Origin: Batkoa obscura
Taxonomy: Eukaryota
Direction of reading: 5' to 3'
NCBI GenBank assembly: GCA_030770535.1
Contig: JASVEC010000002.1
Location: 868,001-932,000, forward strand
Length of the DNA: 64,000 nucleotides
This document shows, piece after piece, positions 60,868-64,000 of the stretch. The position numbers and the translations under genes are program-made. How positions within the stretch are numbered: the first letter of the stretch is position 1; each line of letters begins with the position of its first letter. The notes under the pieces are model-generated. The model made no database searches. It was not told the DNA's origin and saw only the letters and a list, made by a program, of their open reading frames with translations.

Positions 60868-63817
60868 ATGAATTCAACGATAGTAATAAAAGAGGATCTA
60901 AAAAACAATATAGAATTGGAGGCTAAAAAAATGGAAGGTAAGGAGTTTTGTAACTTTAGTTGAGTGATAGTTAGTTTGATATAAATAAATAGAGATTGTT
61001 AGTAAAGAAGTAGCAGCTGGTAATGATAGAGTAGTTGATAATGAAAAGAATTAGAATTGATTTAATTTTATTTGATAGAAAAAAAACAAACAAGGAAGAA
61101 GCCACGACAGTGTAAATTATTAAAAAGACTAGTTAAATAAAGTATTAATTTTAATATTTATTTAGTCACTGCGAGTAATAAAGTAAATATATATGCAATT
61201 TGAATTTTCAAAAAAGAATTTGAGTTTATTAAAAACAATAGGAAAAAACAATCGAAATTCGAAATGGAAAGTTAATATTTAATGAGCCTTTATTGAATTT
61301 ATTAATTCATGAGGATACTATTATTGGTAAATATTAAAGAATCATTAAAGTTTAATGGGAAATAATATTGATGAATGAATTATAGAGTTGGCTCAATTTC
61401 ATTTAATAAAACGAAATACAATAATTACCAATTCTTATCAATTGGAAGATCAATTGAATCAGTTCAAACCTTTGATTGCTAAACTAATACAAGGAAGGTA
61501 AATAATAATAATAATAGTAGCAATAAAATAAAGGGATAAAATAAAGAGATAAAATAAAATTTACTTTTTCAAAATAGTGATAAAACAATTACAGATTTGG
61601 CTTTATTTTTAAAAGGAATACTATGTCCAACAGGTTTCCTTGTTAAAGATAAATGGGAAGGTAATAGTTATATAATATAAAGAATAAATCATCTCTAAAA
61701 ATAACAAAATAAATAGATATTTTAGTACCTGAATTATTAGAAAATATAATTCAGAAATTAGCAAGTAGAGTTAGTTATGGTATACCAATTAGAATAGCTG
61801 ATTCGGAAGATTATTCAATACCAGAAGTAAGGAGAAGAAACTTGATTTATATTATAACATTGGTAATAATAAAATCAATTAGGGATTAACAGTGTATCGA
61901 TGGGAATGTAAAGATTTGAATTCAAACTTTAAAGAGGATATTATAACTTTAATTAACAATAGAAAACAATTGAGATTAGAGGTATTATTTTTTAGTTATT
62001 TTATAACTAAATTAACTTTAAAATTGTTCTATTATTTTATATAGTTAGTTAAAGAAGCTGTTAAATTATATAGTGAATTATCGATTGAAGATCAAGAATA
62101 CGTAGTTTTACAAGCTACAATTACTAAAAAGAAACGTAAACATGAAGCAATACCTGTTCTTATTGATGTTAATGTATTTGAAAATTATTTTTATTTACTA
62201 TGAATTCTGATCTTTATTTAGATGGAGTTAAAACCTAATGAAGCTAAAGCTAATCAAATAACTATTAATGAAGCCAATACAGCTAAAATGGCCAAAGTAA
62301 ATGAAGAGAAAAAGAAACAAACAACTAAATCAAGCGAGGAGAAGAAGAAACAAATCAATAAAATCAATGAAGAAAAGAAGAAACAAATAAGTAAAACTAT
62401 TGAAGAAAAAAAGCTACCAAGAGTAATTCATAAAAATTACTTTTCATCTATTTACTAACTATTAATTGATTATAGCATACAGTTAGTATTAAAGGATTTT
62501 TTACAGTTAAAAAGGACACGATAGATTCAAATAATAGTAACGAAAGTAATGTTAGAGAGTTTTAACTTTGTTGGAGTTTTTTTTTATTTTTTTTATTTAG
62601 AAAATACACAATTACCCATTATTTCTGATTATGAAAAATATTTTCATCCATTTCGAGTCAAACAAGGAGTTTATATTGCAAAATCGTTAGGAATTAACAA
62701 TAACAAATTCGATTTAGTAGATAAAATTAATAGTTGTAAGAATGAAGGTAAGTTAAAGAAGAATAAATTAACCAAAAGATAATTAGTGTTTAAAAATCTC
62801 AAATTTTTGTTTAGATTATAACAATGAGATGTTAAAAGAAATACAAAATAAATTAAAAAGTGTAAAGAAAGAAGTAAATAAAGATATGAAAGAGTATCTA
62901 AATCATATGAATGATATGGATTCAATAAATTCTGAAGATGATTCTAGTATTATTATGTTATCAACAGAAACTACAGGCTATAAGCCTAAATTGTTAATGT
63001 TTCATGAAAATGTTCGACCACCCTTCTTTGGTAAATTAAGCTATGATTTTAGTAATACATAAATGAAACTAACTCAAACCATTTTACTTTTATTATTATA
63101 TAATAGGTGTTTGGTTACCTCAAAGTAACAAAATAAAACCCCGTAATTTTAAAAACAAAGATGAGGAGTTATTAAACTATGAATTTGATTCTGAATTGGA
63201 ATGGCAAGAAGAAGATGAAGAAGGTGAACTATTAGATGATTCAGATGAAGATGAAGATGAAGATGACGAAGATTTTAACAGTCAAAACAATAATAGTGAA
63301 AGTGAAAATGATGTAATTTTATAATTAATATATGGTGATAAAAGCGTGTTAATATTATGGATTATTTTTAGGATTGGTTGATTGAAGAGGATGGTGAAGA
63401 AGAAGAAGATATTGATAAGGAGACAAAAAAAATGAGTAAGCTATTTTAATTTACTTAATCACCTTAATTAATTAGCATTTTATTTTTAGACGTTGTTAAC
63501 AAGTCAAAAGTATGATAAAATAATTTTGTTTCAATTATGTTTATTTTAATCTTTACTATTTTTTAATATAGCGTCGTCAACCTCTGGTTTTAAATCCAAT
63601 TTTAGTAGGTGTTTGTTGCTCTTCAGAGGTCAATGAGAATATTAAAATTAAACAATTACCAATTTCAAATTTTGCCTATTCACTTGTGCAAGGCAAGTAT
63701 AGTTTTTTGTAATGATAAGCGTTACTAACATTAATGGTTTTTCTAGATGGCATCAAGCTACCATTAGATCCTTTTGAACCAATAAGTAGTAGTACAACTT
63801 TGGAAAGAGGAGGATAG
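60868..63817 (+). CDS. RLF2: Chromatin assembly factor 1 large subunit (p150/Cac1/Rlf2/FAS1-like)
   Basis: Spliced translation has a FAS1-like N-domain (KLASRVSYGIP...VYRWECKDL), a short K/E-rich stretch, PIP-like SIKGFF, CAF1A motif KLLMFHENVRPPFFG...LLNYEFDSELEWQEEDEEGE and an acidic tract; many short exons; 3' end tentative. Confidence 0.85.
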
Positions 63818-64000
63818 TATTATTGATGGTTAAAGGATTTTGAAGTCACAGTTTTATGTCATAGGGATTTGGGGGGATTTGTTAGTTATATAGGGAAATA
63901 AAAAACTATCTATTTTATATTATTTTTCTAAAAGTTCAGTCAAAATCATTTCTATTTTTCAATTTTTTTAGCATATACGCCACATGCTCACGTGGCTTTT

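Overview
A very AT-rich eukaryotic window with short GT-AG introns. The gene set points to an early-diverging fungus; a zoopagomycete/entomophthoralean origin is plausible but is only inference. About 20 protein genes are recognisable: PLD (runs off the left edge), calreticulin, Cbp3/UQCC1, Ubp15/USP7, a FAR-acyltransferase fusion, a G3BP/Bre5-like protein, Asp-tRNA synthetase, calcipressin, an S28 peptidase, SRP9, an LRR protein, mitochondrial RF1, an HExxH/jacalin metalloprotease, COX VIIc, a TF-like protein, an orphan, V-ATPase d, a NUDT19-like Nudix and a CAF-1 p150-like protein. There is also one tRNA-Gly(TCC). Four things stand out. (1) An intronless 1313-aa fatty acyl-CoA reductase/GNPAT (FARAT-type) fusion whose acyltransferase half is partly degenerate. 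(2) A Sola-type DNA transposon family seen as a near-intact master element (44293-46745, ATAT TSD) plus 20 ~100-bp MITE copies, one nested and one palindromic. (3) A 1.4-kb fold-back made of two apparently identical 464-bp TG..CA repeats enclosing a piece of that transposase. (4) A decayed, inverted, intron-retaining duplicate of the CAF-1 p150 gene that the ORF track misses. All alignments and splice models were done by eye, so boundaries may be off by a few bases.
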